DNA of 64,000 nt from Leptospiraceae bacterium (GCA_040217195.1 JAVJNR010000004.1:320001-384000); one strand, 5' to 3'. Shown: positions 9,784-19,809, numbered from the stretch's first letter. The notes: generated by a model not told the origin, from the letters alone. Translations and numbers: made by a program.

Positions 9784-10479
9784 TCAGGAGGAATCGGTGA
9801 CTCGATCGAAGTAACGCTCAAATTCATTTCTATTTCTGCGATCCAGGATTCCGCCAACGATTACAGCAAGGATTAACCCCAGGGCCACTGGAAGAATATG
9901 GCTGATAAGCATATGACTGGCATGATCATCCGGGCAAACAAAGGCAGCGCCGGATCCGGCCAGGAAAGCCACAGCCAGAAATGAAATGGAGATACTGTTC
10001 TTAAAAGAAAGGCATACACTACGCCGCAAAAATCGAAATAACAGGACTGCAGGAACCAGGGCAAACAATACAATAAGCCCTGTGCATCCGAAGGAGGCTG
10101 CATGGGGATCCCGGACGCCCTGAGTCCATTGCCAGTAGGACAGAGTGGAAAGCGCCGCGATGGCAAGCACTACTATGCCAAATAGAACCCACCTGAGTAC
10201 CGGCCGATCGGATCCAGGAAAGATCGATCCCCTGGCCAGGAAAAAAGCCCATAATCCCAGAAAAAGGAACAACACCCATTCCAGTATCGAAAACAATCCG
10301 CTCACCTGAAACAGGGACTGCCTCAGGGCTGGAGAGACTGAAGCCAGGACTGCAACGCCCAGAAGCATCCAGAGCAGGCTAAGAAAAAGTGCTACGAAGA
10401 ACTGCTTTCCGGTAATTCGAACCGGTTTAACCGGGTTGCAATCGGAAGACAGGGTTTCTATGAGATCAGGTGTTTTCAT
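9784..10479 (-). CDS. NrsF/DUF1109-family membrane anti-sigma factor
   Basis: MKTPDLIETLS N-terminus, about six TM helices, conserved Cys (GC; FVCPDD...H). Overlaps the ECF sigma stop by 14 nt. Confidence 0.8.
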   Translation of the reverse strand: MKTPDLIETLSSDCNPVKPVRITGKQFFVALFLSLLWMLLGVAVLASVSPALRQSLFQVSGLFSILEWVLFLFLGLWAFFLARGSIFPGSDRPVLRWVLFGIVVLAIAALSTLSYWQWTQGVRDPHAASFGCTGLIVLFALVPAVLLFRFLRRSVCLSFKNSISISFLAVAFLAGSGAAFVCPDDHASHMLISHILPVALGLILAVIVGGILDRRNRNEFERYFDRVTDSS

Positions 10480-11074
10480 AGTCCTCTTGTTGTTCCAGAA
10501 TCTTCCTCAGGGCCTTATACGCTCGATGAGCAGTAACCTTCACTGCAGTTTCTGTCATTTCCATTTTGGCTGCTGCTTCTCTCACCGACAATCCATCATA
10601 CTTGAGCAATCGCACTGCACGCTTCTGTCTGGGAGGCAACTTTTCAATAGCCTTCTCCAGAACTTCCTGGACCAGATACGGATGCTCCTTCTCTTCTTTC
10701 GCCTGAAGGTCCAGTAGAGTTTCACCCTGAACTTCCTTTTCTGAAACCCTGGACCATTTCCGCATATGGTCCACAAATCTTCTATGAGCGATAGCATGTA
10801 TCCAGGGAAATACCGGCCTCTGGGGGTCGTAGCTGGCCCGGGCCCGGTGAATAGAAACCAGCACTTCCTGGGCAATATCTTCAGCCCAATCCGGATCCCG
10901 GATCTTATTATTCAAGAATCGGCGCACTACGGGCAGTACTGCTTCCAGGAATTGCCTGTAGGCCGCTGCATCCCCGGTTTGAGCCCGGGCAAGAAGACCG
11001 GATAATCGATGCTCCGCTTCCTCTCTAGCGTCTCTGGGCTTCTTTTCCTCGTTCCTTACTTCCGATGGATCCAT
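10466..11074 (-). CDS. ECF RNA polymerase sigma factor (SigF/ECF16-like)
   Basis: AQTGDAAAYRQFL, AEDIAQEVLVSIH...YDP.RP..PWIHAIA, region 4 GLSVREAA...AVKVTAHRA. Start uncertain (11074-11158). Confidence 0.9.
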   Translation of the reverse strand: MDPSEVRNEEKKPRDAREEAEHRLSGLLARAQTGDAAAYRQFLEAVLPVVRRFLNNKIRDPDWAEDIAQEVLVSIHRARASYDPQRPVFPWIHAIAHRRFVDHMRKWSRVSEKEVQGETLLDLQAKEEKEHPYLVQEVLEKAIEKLPPRQKRAVRLLKYDGLSVREAAAKMEMTETAVKVTAHRAYKALRKILEQQEDYENT

Positions 11075-11286
11075 GCACCATGCCTTCCCGCCAGACATGG
11101 ACAGCCTCATTTTTGATCCTGGTCCTGGTCTTCGGGATTGCTTTTTCTCTATTGTCACAGGCCACTTCAGGGGGCACTGGAGAGCAAGCTTTACCTTAAA
11201 AATCGATTGAATTTTCCAGATTATGTCGCATTGATGCTTCTGTGAACTTCTTTTCCAGCAGTGGCACCGGTGGCGGCATCCCGGAA

Positions 11287-12405
11287 ATGCACCGAAAACG
11301 ATCCGCCAAAAAGAAGCCGGCTCCAGGCTCCTCCGTCGATTTCACAGTGGGCGAGCCACAGGGATCTACAGCCAGAAAGCGAGAACCGATATCCGAGCCC
11401 CCTTCTCCTGCCAGCCAGAAGGAAGCAGGTATCCGAAAAGCGGCCCGCCTGATCCTGGCCCTGGGCCCGGATCAGGCCGCAGATGTACTTCGAGAATTAT
11501 CCGAAGCCGAAGTGCAGCGAATCGCTCTGGAAATAACTCGAATTCCTGCTTTAACATCTGAAGAAAGACGACATATCCTGGAAAGTTTTCATCAGGAAAT
11601 CGATTCAGAACAGACACTTTCTGGAAAGGAAAGCCTGAGAGAGATTCTGCATCGCAGCCTGGGCGAAGATCGGGCCCAGGAGTTTCTGGAAAAGCTGGAA
11701 GAACGAGATGCCAGAAAGGACTTTGAGTTTCTAGAGCAGATTGAAGCGCCTCTTCTTGCAAGTGTACTTCAGCAGGAGCACCCTCAAATTGCGGCAGTCA
11801 CCATGAGCCAGATCAAACCGCAAGTTGCGGCCAGCGTATTCAAAAACCTGGAAGATGAATTCAGACTGGATGTGGCTCTTCGAATTGCGCAGACTACAAG
11901 AATCCATCCGGATGCAATCACTCGAGTGGGCAAAGTACTCCGGGAGAAATTTGAGAAGCGAAAAGAGGAATTTTACGCAGTCACTGGAGGGGCCGAGACC
12001 CTGGCAGGAATATTGAATCATATGGATCGCGGTCTGGAAGAAAATCTGCTCACTGAATTGCAGGATAAGGACCCGGAGTTGATGCAGAACGTCCGCGAAA
12101 GACTCTACACCTTTGAAGAGTTACTAAGCCTGCATCCAAAAGAGATGCGGCTGCTTCTATCCCGTATTGATGATGATTTAATGCTGGCTTCAGCGTTGCG
12201 AGGAGCCGGAGATGAGATGCGAAGACATTTCTTTAATGCACTCTCTCAGAACAGAGCGGCCGATGTACTGGATGAAATAGATAATCGAGGGCCGGTATCT
12301 GTAAGAGAAATCAACGAAGCAAGAACCTACATCCTGACTGTTGCACGGCGAATGGATGAAGAAGGAAGAATCATCATCAAAAAAGAGAAGGATGATTATA
12401 TTTAG
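11287..12405 (+). CDS. fliG: Flagellar motor switch protein FliG (stand-alone paralog)
   Basis: GIRKAARLILALG, EHPQIAA, GGAETLAGILN, YTFEEL. Not in a fliF-fliG-fliH context. Confidence 0.9.
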   Translation: MHRKRSAKKKPAPGSSVDFTVGEPQGSTARKREPISEPPSPASQKEAGIRKAARLILALGPDQAADVLRELSEAEVQRIALEITRIPALTSEERRHILESFHQEIDSEQTLSGKESLREILHRSLGEDRAQEFLEKLEERDARKDFEFLEQIEAPLLASVLQQEHPQIAAVTMSQIKPQVAASVFKNLEDEFRLDVALRIAQTTRIHPDAITRVGKVLREKFEKRKEEFYAVTGGAETLAGILNHMDRGLEENLLTELQDKDPELMQNVRERLYTFEELLSLHPKEMRLLLSRIDDDLMLASALRGAGDEMRRHFFNALSQNRAADVLDEIDNRGPVSVREINEARTYILTVARRMDEEGRIIIKKEKDDYI

Positions 12406-12471
12406 AAGCCTGCGAATCCGGTGTCACAGCAGCTGGATGCAATCCACTTCTGCAACGACAGAAGCTATCGC

Positions 12472-14031
12472 CTAGATTTCCTCATTGCTTAGCTTGCGAA
12501 GCTTTTGAATATGCCTTTCAATTTCCTGCAACTGTTCAGACATACTCTGCCCGCGAGTGGTCATCTCCATAGAGTTTTTTTCCAGGCCGGATAAGTTACC
12601 AATCACCTCTTCATGGGCTGAGGACTGCTCTCTGGCAGAATTTGCAATCTCCGATGCCAGATCCTTGAGCTTTCTCAGATCTGTTAGGAAATGCTGGTTC
12701 ATACGTTCCTGCTGTTTGTACTGGCCATCCAGGAATTGAATCTTTTCTGCAATTGCATTCAGTCTTTTATCCTGGTCGCGAGCCTGTTCATCGGCACTGG
12801 CCGATGAATTTCGTCCTTCCTCTATAACTTCGCGGCTGCTTTCCAATATTTTCTGAATGTTCTTCGCATTCTCTGCACTGAAGTCAGCAAGCTTGCTAAC
12901 TTCAGTTGCTACCACGGCAAAACCTCTGCCATGTTCTCCAGCCCGGGCCGCTTCAATGGCAGCATTCAAAGCCAGTAAATTGGTTTTATCCGAGATCTCT
13001 ACAATTACACTATTAAACTCGGAGAGTTTCTGAAAGGCCTCCTGGATTCCTTGAAACACTTCGTTGTTGCGACTCACCGAGGCGGTTACTTCCCAGCTTA
13101 CATTTCGAATTTCAGAACTCAATCGCTCAAGTTCCTCGCTGGAACTTAGAATCTCAGATATCATGGACTTTAGCTTTTCGCTTTCTTCATTAAGCCGATT
13201 GATATTTTTCTCCTGTTCCTCCGCCGACTTGAGCGTCCTTCCGGCACTGGCAGATAGTTCTTCGGTTACTGCACTAATTTGTTCCACCGAAGAGGATTGA
13301 TCCTGCATCATGGTAGCGCTTCCATCTAGATAACTGCTGAACTCCATCAAGGTATATTGCAGACCTTCGGTACTGTTCGCGATTTGCTTTCGGTTATTCT
13401 CTTTATTGCGATTGGATTCTCGGATTTCGGTCATGGTCCGATTGATTCGCGTCATTAGGTCTTCCATAACACCCATAACCATATAGGAAATCAGCCCCAC
13501 AGCCAGGATTACCACGGCCTGCATAATATGATTGACTATTTGAATTTCTGTGGAGCCGGGCTCATCGATCACCATCACTTTCAGTCCGGAAAACGGAGCA
13601 AAATAAATCAGGCTACCGTAGAGCACAGAAGCAAGTAGAGTAACCGTCAGAGTAATACTCTTTGAGTTTAAAAAAGAGCTATAGGTAATAGGCACGATGA
13701 ACAGTCCCGTGACAACTGCAGAGCGCAAAATCAAAGCTGCTGCAATTGGATCCATAAGCACGTCACCCAGAAAGGAACCGAACATCATTAATACGTCCAG
13801 AATCACGAAGAAACGCGCCAGCTTGATCGTAAGCTTCTTTCGTGCAAATAGAACCCAGAATACAATTACAGTGACTAAATAAACTCCGATAGATGTGGCC
13901 TGCACCAGAAGCATCTTATCTGTAAATGTAGGGGCCAGTAAGGAAACCATTCCTATATACACCAGGCCCATTACTATTCTGATTCTATTTACAATTTCAA
14001 GGGATCGGTTGCTGGTGCTCTTCTTTGCCAT
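12472..14031 (-). CDS. Methyl-accepting chemotaxis protein with multi-TM sensor
   Basis: [33 protein letters not shown] signalling hairpin; 5-6 N-terminal TM helices. Confidence 0.95.
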   Translation of the reverse strand: MAKKSTSNRSLEIVNRIRIVMGLVYIGMVSLLAPTFTDKMLLVQATSIGVYLVTVIVFWVLFARKKLTIKLARFFVILDVLMMFGSFLGDVLMDPIAAALILRSAVVTGLFIVPITYSSFLNSKSITLTVTLLASVLYGSLIYFAPFSGLKVMVIDEPGSTEIQIVNHIMQAVVILAVGLISYMVMGVMEDLMTRINRTMTEIRESNRNKENNRKQIANSTEGLQYTLMEFSSYLDGSATMMQDQSSSVEQISAVTEELSASAGRTLKSAEEQEKNINRLNEESEKLKSMISEILSSSEELERLSSEIRNVSWEVTASVSRNNEVFQGIQEAFQKLSEFNSVIVEISDKTNLLALNAAIEAARAGEHGRGFAVVATEVSKLADFSAENAKNIQKILESSREVIEEGRNSSASADEQARDQDKRLNAIAEKIQFLDGQYKQQERMNQHFLTDLRKLKDLASEIANSAREQSSAHEEVIGNLSGLEKNSMEMTTRGQSMSEQLQEIERHIQKLRKLSNEEI

Positions 14032-14318
14032 GTCTATTCCAGATCTGCAGTTAGTATGCCATGGCCCGAAACCATGGAACTACCGGACAGCTATGCCATT
14101 ATGGGTGGCGATGTCCAGACCTTTGCCCGGCTAACTGTAAGATCGGTTCCGGTAAGTGCATGAAAGAGTGGCATAGTTCTAAAAATCCCGCGGCAGAATA
14201 ATCAAATGTACCTGGCAACGCAGCTGCCAGTCCCGGGCAATGGTACAGCCCCGGGGATCGCCTGGAGGGGCTTCAATCTCGTTGTAGAGTGGCTTTGAAA
14301 CAGTTCTGCGCGGTTTTT

Positions 14319-15620
14319 TCAGAGTGGGTCTATATATAGAAGGTCGATGGGGCGCAGTCCTCCAAGAATTGGCACCGTTCCAATCTGCAAATCGGCTGCA
14401 GACGTATCATAAATACGAATACCGGGTGTAGTGAGCCCCACATCTCCGGCATAGAGTCGGCCATCCGGGCTCAACTCCAACCCGGAAAAGAAGCCAAAAC
14501 TGGCAGGATAATATGCAAGTTCGCTTATTCTGGCTCCGGTAAGAGGATTGAACCTCTGTAGAGAAATACTGAAATCTGCATATTCAACAACAGCATAACC
14601 GGTATTATCATTTTTGATCACTACATCCAGAATGTCCCCTCCTGCGGTTGCCTCGGCAAAAAGAAATCCACTCCGGAACTGACGGGTCTGAAGATTGAAA
14701 GCTTCCACTCCGCCATCTATGGCAAAATTAAATCCAAGCCTGGCCGGAGTAGAAATGACAAGATGGTCCACTCCCTGAAAGTTCACCAACTTGAGCTTGC
14801 CAAAGGGATTCGTAGATTGAAAAGCAAACACTCCAGTTATCGCCAGACTACCTGCATCAATTTCCACAAGGTAGGATACTTCCGTGGGAGCATAGGTGAG
14901 CACAGGATGATTGCGATCCAGACGTTGCACCGTCGCATAGATCTTTCCCTGATATCCAATAAGCGATGAGACCTCTGGTAATCCGTCCGGAGCTCCACCA
15001 GCAGAAACGGTTTCGGATAAATAGCCCAGATCAATGCTTCCAATAGGAATCAAAGTCTCTGTTAGAACGGAAATATCCGTTCGTTCATACCTGGATACAA
15101 AGGCTCGGCCCTGTGCAAATGCGATGTCCTGAGGATTACTACCGGAACCTACACTTATCTCTCCTTCAGTGAAATAACCGACCAGGGGATTCAGTACCTG
15201 GATATTATCTCTTCCCAGACGATTGATCACATAGACCCGGTCATTGGCAAACCTGGCCAGTGCATCGCTATGGACGTTTACAGAAAACCCGGTCTGAAAT
15301 CCATCCAGGGTCATTACCGAAAATTTTCCTGTAGTTGCCAGGTCTGAAGAAATGATGCCAATTTTATCGCCGCCGCTTACAGAGCTAAATACCAGAGAAG
15401 CAAGGCTGGGTCTTTCAATGTCCTGACAGGCCGCCAGGTTTAGCGACAGACTGGAAAGAGCCAGAGTTCGCAGAAGAGAACGGATCAGCCTGCCCCATGC
15501 CAGACCGGAAAGACATTCAGTTTCCCTGCGAAAGCAAAATTCATGACGATTCTTTCGCGGGTTCGAATCCAATGAAAGGGTCCTCAGTCTAATTTTAGAA
15601 TCTATAGTTAAGACTTGCAT
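14319..15620 (-). CDS. YncE-like beta-propeller lipoprotein, probable cobalamin-binding partner of the TonB receptor
   Basis: Lipobox LAAC, propeller blades (VYVINR, GSNPQDIAF), directly downstream of the btuB-like gene. Start uncertain. Confidence 0.7.
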   Translation of the reverse strand: MQVLTIDSKIRLRTLSLDSNPRKNRHEFCFRRETECLSGLAWGRLIRSLLRTLALSSLSLNLAACQDIERPSLASLVFSSVSGGDKIGIISSDLATTGKFSVMTLDGFQTGFSVNVHSDALARFANDRVYVINRLGRDNIQVLNPLVGYFTEGEISVGSGSNPQDIAFAQGRAFVSRYERTDISVLTETLIPIGSIDLGYLSETVSAGGAPDGLPEVSSLIGYQGKIYATVQRLDRNHPVLTYAPTEVSYLVEIDAGSLAITGVFAFQSTNPFGKLKLVNFQGVDHLVISTPARLGFNFAIDGGVEAFNLQTRQFRSGFLFAEATAGGDILDVVIKNDNTGYAVVEYADFSISLQRFNPLTGARISELAYYPASFGFFSGLELSPDGRLYAGDVGLTTPGIRIYDTSAADLQIGTVPILGGLRPIDLLYIDPL

Positions 15621-17868
15621 AAACGCTCCTTCCTGGAATTGGATACCCTACGATGTCTTCGGCGCGATCATTAAGAACATTTCGCACTTCAACGATGAAG
15701 TCCAGGGCATGATCTCTGGATTCAAAAACGGAATACTCAAGAAATGCATTGTAAAGCCAACGAGGCTCCTGGTAGAAGAAAAAGTCATTCGAACGGTCTT
15801 TGAAAACTGCACCGGTGTAGCTGGCCTCGGCGCCCGGGCGAAAATCGCCCAGTGTAAGAGTGAGCCCGGCATTGAAATCATGTAAGGGCCTCAGGGGTAG
15901 ATACTTACCGCGAGAAAAAAAAATGTCTCCCCGGTTTATGGCTTCCTGATAGGTATAGTTTCCGTAGACCTCCAACCAGTGCCAGCTGGCTTTAAGGCCA
16001 GTTTCCACTCCTTTTATTTCCGCGGCATCCACGTTTTCGGCTCTCAATGAAAACCTGGAATTGGGCACAAAGATAATCATATCCCGGACATTTCGCTGAA
16101 AGAAGGTCAGGCTTGTTTGTAACTCCAGAAAGCCAATGTACTGGAAGTCCACTCCCGCTTCGTAGGTTTCCGCATCCTCCGCTTTTAAATCTGGATTGGA
16201 AACAATACTACCTGACTCACCGAACAATTCTACAAATAGAGGTACACGCCGGGATCGATAGGCCGCAGCCCGCAGATGCAATTGCATTACATCATTTCTG
16301 AAAATGCGCCCCCGAATTCGAATTCCAGGATCCAGGAATTCACGACGCACGGCACTCTCTTTCAGAGGATCCTGGGCTGTTGCCGGTTCATTGAATCGGT
16401 CTACATACCTTTCAAAACGCCCGAATGGATGGATCTGCAGAGCATCCTTGAAGAAGGAGAACTCGTCTACGATATGGATGGAGGATTGGTTTCTGAACTT
16501 TGTGGGCTTTTTTTGAGCCCGTTGATCCAGGGCATTTCGCTCATCCTCATGATACACTTCTCTTTGATTTCCCAGAAGGAATTTCAATGTCTGATAGTAT
16601 TCTGGAAGATGAATCTCCGGCATCAAATGAATACCGGTCTGCTGTAGACGGTTTTTTGATCCCGGGAATTGAAAGCTAAACTCCTGTTCAGGATCAAAGA
16701 AATGGTTTCTCACTTCTGTGTAATAAAGCCTGGATTTAAATCTTAATCGGGACCAGCCGGCGGCCTTCGTATCCGAAGTAAAACCGGTGGTATTTCTTAG
16801 ATGCTTTCTCCAGGTCTTTTCTGTCTGATTGCTTCCCGGTCCAGGAACACCATGTTCCCGGTAGAAAAAATCATTTAGCAGGTCAAACCTTGTGCCCAGG
16901 GCGAAGAGTCCGGCCGTTGCGGTGAGGGATGCTTTTCTGTACTGTGCATTCTTACGACGATCATCGAAGTCATCGAATGAATTTATTACCGGAGTTCCAT
17001 TTTCGTTGCGAAACAGGAAGTTCTGATCGGACATTTCCCCGCCTCCGCCTATGGAATACCAGAAGTCCCCCGGCTTAAGTGTCGACCCTGGAGTTCCTGG
17101 ATTGTATTTTGGCTTCTTCGCTTGTGCAGTGGTTAAGTTATCGGATGCAGAGTCAGTGCTACCGGTGGATTCATCCGCCGGTGCTTCAGGTTGCGTTATT
17201 ATTTTCGAAGTCTCTTCGGAAGCAGGCCGGCATTGACTGCCTGTATCCCAGTTACGCGAATCTGAGATAAAGAACCCTGCCCCGAATGTGCGAAAGGAGC
17301 CTCCCCTTACATAGACTCTATGGCCGCAACTACGATCCGAAGTTTTTAGATTCACTGCTCCGCCAACGGTGGGATTGGACAGCAGCATGGCAGTCCCTCG
17401 GTGAATTTCAATAGAGTCCATGGAACGGATGTCCAGATCAGAAAGATTCACCTCTCCGGTAACAGCATTGTTTAATGGGATGCCATTGATATAGACATTA
17501 ACCTGATTCGCATTGGAACCACGAATGGAAAGAGTACTGTAGGCTCCGGCGCCGCCATATCGTTTGACTCGAACGGAAGCCTCCCGCTCCAGAACTTCCG
17601 GAAGATCTCGGTTTCTGGTCCGGGAATCCTGCAGATCGATTCTTCTGGAAGTTCCGCCCTCCACATCATCCCGGTCCATGGAACGCTCCGGTGCCTGAAC
17701 CGTAATTTCCTCCGTTTCTTCCGCCAGCAGCACCGTAGATCTGAATCCAGCTATTAACAACACAGAGAAAACCATGCCCGCCAATGAAAATGCAGACATG
17801 ATTCGAACCAGAAAATCCAACCCTGGAAGGCCGTTGATCACTTCTCTAACCCTCCGGGGCATTCGCAT
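15595..17868 (-). CDS. btuB: TonB-dependent receptor, BtuB-like
   Basis: TonB box EEITV, plug SIRGSNANQVNVYINGIP, C-terminal GYPIPGRSVYASLNYRF; downstream of a cobalamin riboswitch. Confidence 0.85.
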   Translation of the reverse strand: MRMPRRVREVINGLPGLDFLVRIMSAFSLAGMVFSVLLIAGFRSTVLLAEETEEITVQAPERSMDRDDVEGGTSRRIDLQDSRTRNRDLPEVLEREASVRVKRYGGAGAYSTLSIRGSNANQVNVYINGIPLNNAVTGEVNLSDLDIRSMDSIEIHRGTAMLLSNPTVGGAVNLKTSDRSCGHRVYVRGGSFRTFGAGFFISDSRNWDTGSQCRPASEETSKIITQPEAPADESTGSTDSASDNLTTAQAKKPKYNPGTPGSTLKPGDFWYSIGGGGEMSDQNFLFRNENGTPVINSFDDFDDRRKNAQYRKASLTATAGLFALGTRFDLLNDFFYREHGVPGPGSNQTEKTWRKHLRNTTGFTSDTKAAGWSRLRFKSRLYYTEVRNHFFDPEQEFSFQFPGSKNRLQQTGIHLMPEIHLPEYYQTLKFLLGNQREVYHEDERNALDQRAQKKPTKFRNQSSIHIVDEFSFFKDALQIHPFGRFERYVDRFNEPATAQDPLKESAVRREFLDPGIRIRGRIFRNDVMQLHLRAAAYRSRRVPLFVELFGESGSIVSNPDLKAEDAETYEAGVDFQYIGFLELQTSLTFFQRNVRDMIIFVPNSRFSLRAENVDAAEIKGVETGLKASWHWLEVYGNYTYQEAINRGDIFFSRGKYLPLRPLHDFNAGLTLTLGDFRPGAEASYTGAVFKDRSNDFFFYQEPRWLYNAFLEYSVFESRDHALDFIVEVRNVLNDRAEDIVGYPIPGRSVYASLNYRF

Positions 17869-18011
17869 TTCAAGAAATTCAGGATTGGAAATAGCCGGAT
17901 GGATTTACAGCTGAAAGAACCGCCTCGCCCTGATGAAGAAAGGCAGGTGCGCTTGATTAGAAACTGGAAAATAAGATAGCTGGACCAGGCAGTGGCAAAT
18001 GAATATTTCAT
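17838..18011 (-). CDS. Putative 57-aa leader peptide between the riboswitch and btuB
   Basis: AGGAG-N6-ATG at 18011; MKYSFATAWSS...CECPGGLEK*. Its TGA overlaps an in-frame GTG of btuB (GTGA, 17838-17841). Too short for the ORF track. Confidence 0.45.
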   Translation of the reverse strand: MKYSFATAWSSYLIFQFLIKRTCLSSSGRGGSFSCKSIRLFPILNFLKCECPGGLEK

Positions 18012-18114
18012 TTTGATCTCCTATGTTTCAGAGACCACCAAGCACTTTTTTGGATTACTCCGGGCCCGTGGCTCCTCTTACTTTTCCGAAGAGCCCCTGC
18101 CCGATGGCATTACC

Positions 18115-18240
18115 GAACCGATTCGCGCGGTCCTTACGGTGGGGAAGATCTGGCTCATGGAATCAGGCAATGCCGTCCAATTACAGTTGCGCGTCAGCAG
18201 AGGATTTGCACCCCTTTCCACCCGGAAGTGAAGCCAGAAT
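18115..18240 (-). ncRNA. Cobalamin riboswitch (compact form)
   Basis: Minus strand GGAAAGGGGTGCAAATCCTCTGCTGACGCGCAACTGTAA...GAGCCAGATCTTCCCC (T-loop, ACTGTA, B12-box AGCCAG), followed by a P13-like hairpin GGACCG-CGCGAAT-CGGTTC whose loop can pair with L5 CGCG. Upstream of the btuB-like gene. Confidence 0.85.
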
Positions 18241-18340
18241 CGAAATCCAACATGAAGCTGCAACCAACAAAAGAGTGAATCTGTGCCCCCCACGGACCTT
18301 TTGAGACTGAATCTCAGTTAAAGCCAGAAGAACTGCTTCC

Positions 18341-18356
18341 TGACAACTCTTTGACA
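18341..18356 (+). promoter_or_regulatory. HemR-type direct-repeat box TGACA-N6-TGACA overlapping a TTGACA -35 upstream of hemA
   Basis: TGACA-ACTCTT-TGACA with 11-bp period; this is the motif reported for Leptospira HemR. Possible extended -10 TGaTAGATT at 18373-18381. Confidence 0.75.
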
Positions 18357-18498
18357 ACTTTCCTTACTGGCATGATAGATTATGATTGAGAAAGTGTCCA
18401 TCTGCAGACTGATTCGGCCAGGATTGTAAAGCCAGCACGGTCATAGCAGATGTTTGCAATGTTCAAGTAATTTTGAGGAGTCATCTTCAACGATACCC

Positions 18499-19809
18499 AT
18501 GAGACACCTTGGTGCCATAATACTTAGTCATGATCAGGGAGAAGACCTGAGCCATTTGATTTCCTGGAAAGGGCTGACTCTGGAGCATCTGGAAACCAGG
18601 ATACAACAATCGGGTTTTGAGATCTCTGGATTTCTATTACTCTCCACCTGCAATCGAGTGGAGATTGTATATTCCATTGAAGATCCATCTCAACATTCTG
18701 CCTTTTTTAAGAACCTGGTAAATACTCTGCCTCCAGTGCAAGGACCGGCACCAGAATTTAAAACCGGACGACCGGTGGCCCGTCATCTACTTAGACTTTC
18801 AGCAGGGCTTGAGTCCATGGTACTTGGTGAAACGGATATTCGCCACCAGATGAAAGAAGCGAAAGCTGCGGCCATTCGCGGGGGGCATCTGGATTACAGA
18901 CTTCGCACAGTGCTGCAAGGCGTATTTCGTCATTCTCGTTATATTCGTAGTTACATTCCTGCCAATCTTCCATTATCCGTGTCTTCCCTTGCTGTGCGTT
19001 TTCTGGAAGATTCCCTTGGAGGCCTGGATACATCAGACTCAGCAATTGCAATCATAGGTTCCGGTCCCATGAGCCGCCATACGGCAGAGTATCTATCCAA
19101 GTGGGGCAGCCGCAACCTGATATGGATTAATCGCACACTGGATAAAGTGGAGCCACTGGCAGCCAGTCTGCAGGCCCGTTCTCTGTCACTGCAGGATTTT
19201 CTTAAAGATCCAGCCAGGGCAGGAAAGCTTCGAGCCATAGTCAGTGCTACATCCAGCGAAAGTCCGATCATCGACGAGGAACTGATAAGCAGAATGGATC
19301 GGGACGAGAAGCTGGTTCTGGTAGATCTGGCCCTTCCGGAAGATGTGGATCCTGCCGCTGCAAAAATACCTGGCGTGGAATTAATCAGCCTGGATCGAAT
19401 TCGGCAGCGGCTGGAAGCGAACCGGAAGCAGCGCGAAGAGGCGGCCTCACGAGCAGAATCTGCGGTGGAAGAATCACTGTTTCGTCTGGAATCCGAACTA
19501 ATACATTCCCTATCCGGTCCAATACTCAAAGAACTTCAAAAGGATATTCGAAAACAGGCTCAGGAACGTCTGGAAGGACTCCTGCAGGGCAGGCTTTCGC
19601 ATCTAAGTGCCCGGGACCGAAGAATTCTTTATGACTGGGCCATACGTTCCCATCGGGAAATGAATCGTATTCACCGTAGCGGCGTGGAGCAGATTCTAAA
19701 AAGCTATTTCATGGATTCAGAAAACTCCGATTCCGATTCGCAACCAGAACCGGAGGGCCCGGAAGCTGCATCCATGGATGAGGCCGTGGGCGGCGGCTTT
19801 AGCCGGTGA
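18499..19809 (+). CDS. hemA: Glutamyl-tRNA reductase
   Basis: LSTCNRVE catalytic Cys, GLESMVLGE, IIGSGPM NADPH-binding, VDLALPEDVD. Confidence 0.92.
   Translation: MRHLGAIILSHDQGEDLSHLISWKGLTLEHLETRIQQSGFEISGFLLLSTCNRVEIVYSIEDPSQHSAFFKNLVNTLPPVQGPAPEFKTGRPVARHLLRLSAGLESMVLGETDIRHQMKEAKAAAIRGGHLDYRLRTVLQGVFRHSRYIRSYIPANLPLSVSSLAVRFLEDSLGGLDTSDSAIAIIGSGPMSRHTAEYLSKWGSRNLIWINRTLDKVEPLAASLQARSLSLQDFLKDPARAGKLRAIVSATSSESPIIDEELISRMDRDEKLVLVDLALPEDVDPAAAKIPGVELISLDRIRQRLEANRKQREEAASRAESAVEESLFRLESELIHSLSGPILKELQKDIRKQAQERLEGLLQGRLSHLSARDRRILYDWAIRSHREMNRIHRSGVEQILKSYFMDSENSDSDSQPEPEGPEAASMDEAVGGGFSR

Noticed and set aside
14138..14170. Sigma-28 promoter for the MCP gene (CCGAT on the minus strand)
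   Set aside because: No -35 element at a suitable spacing.
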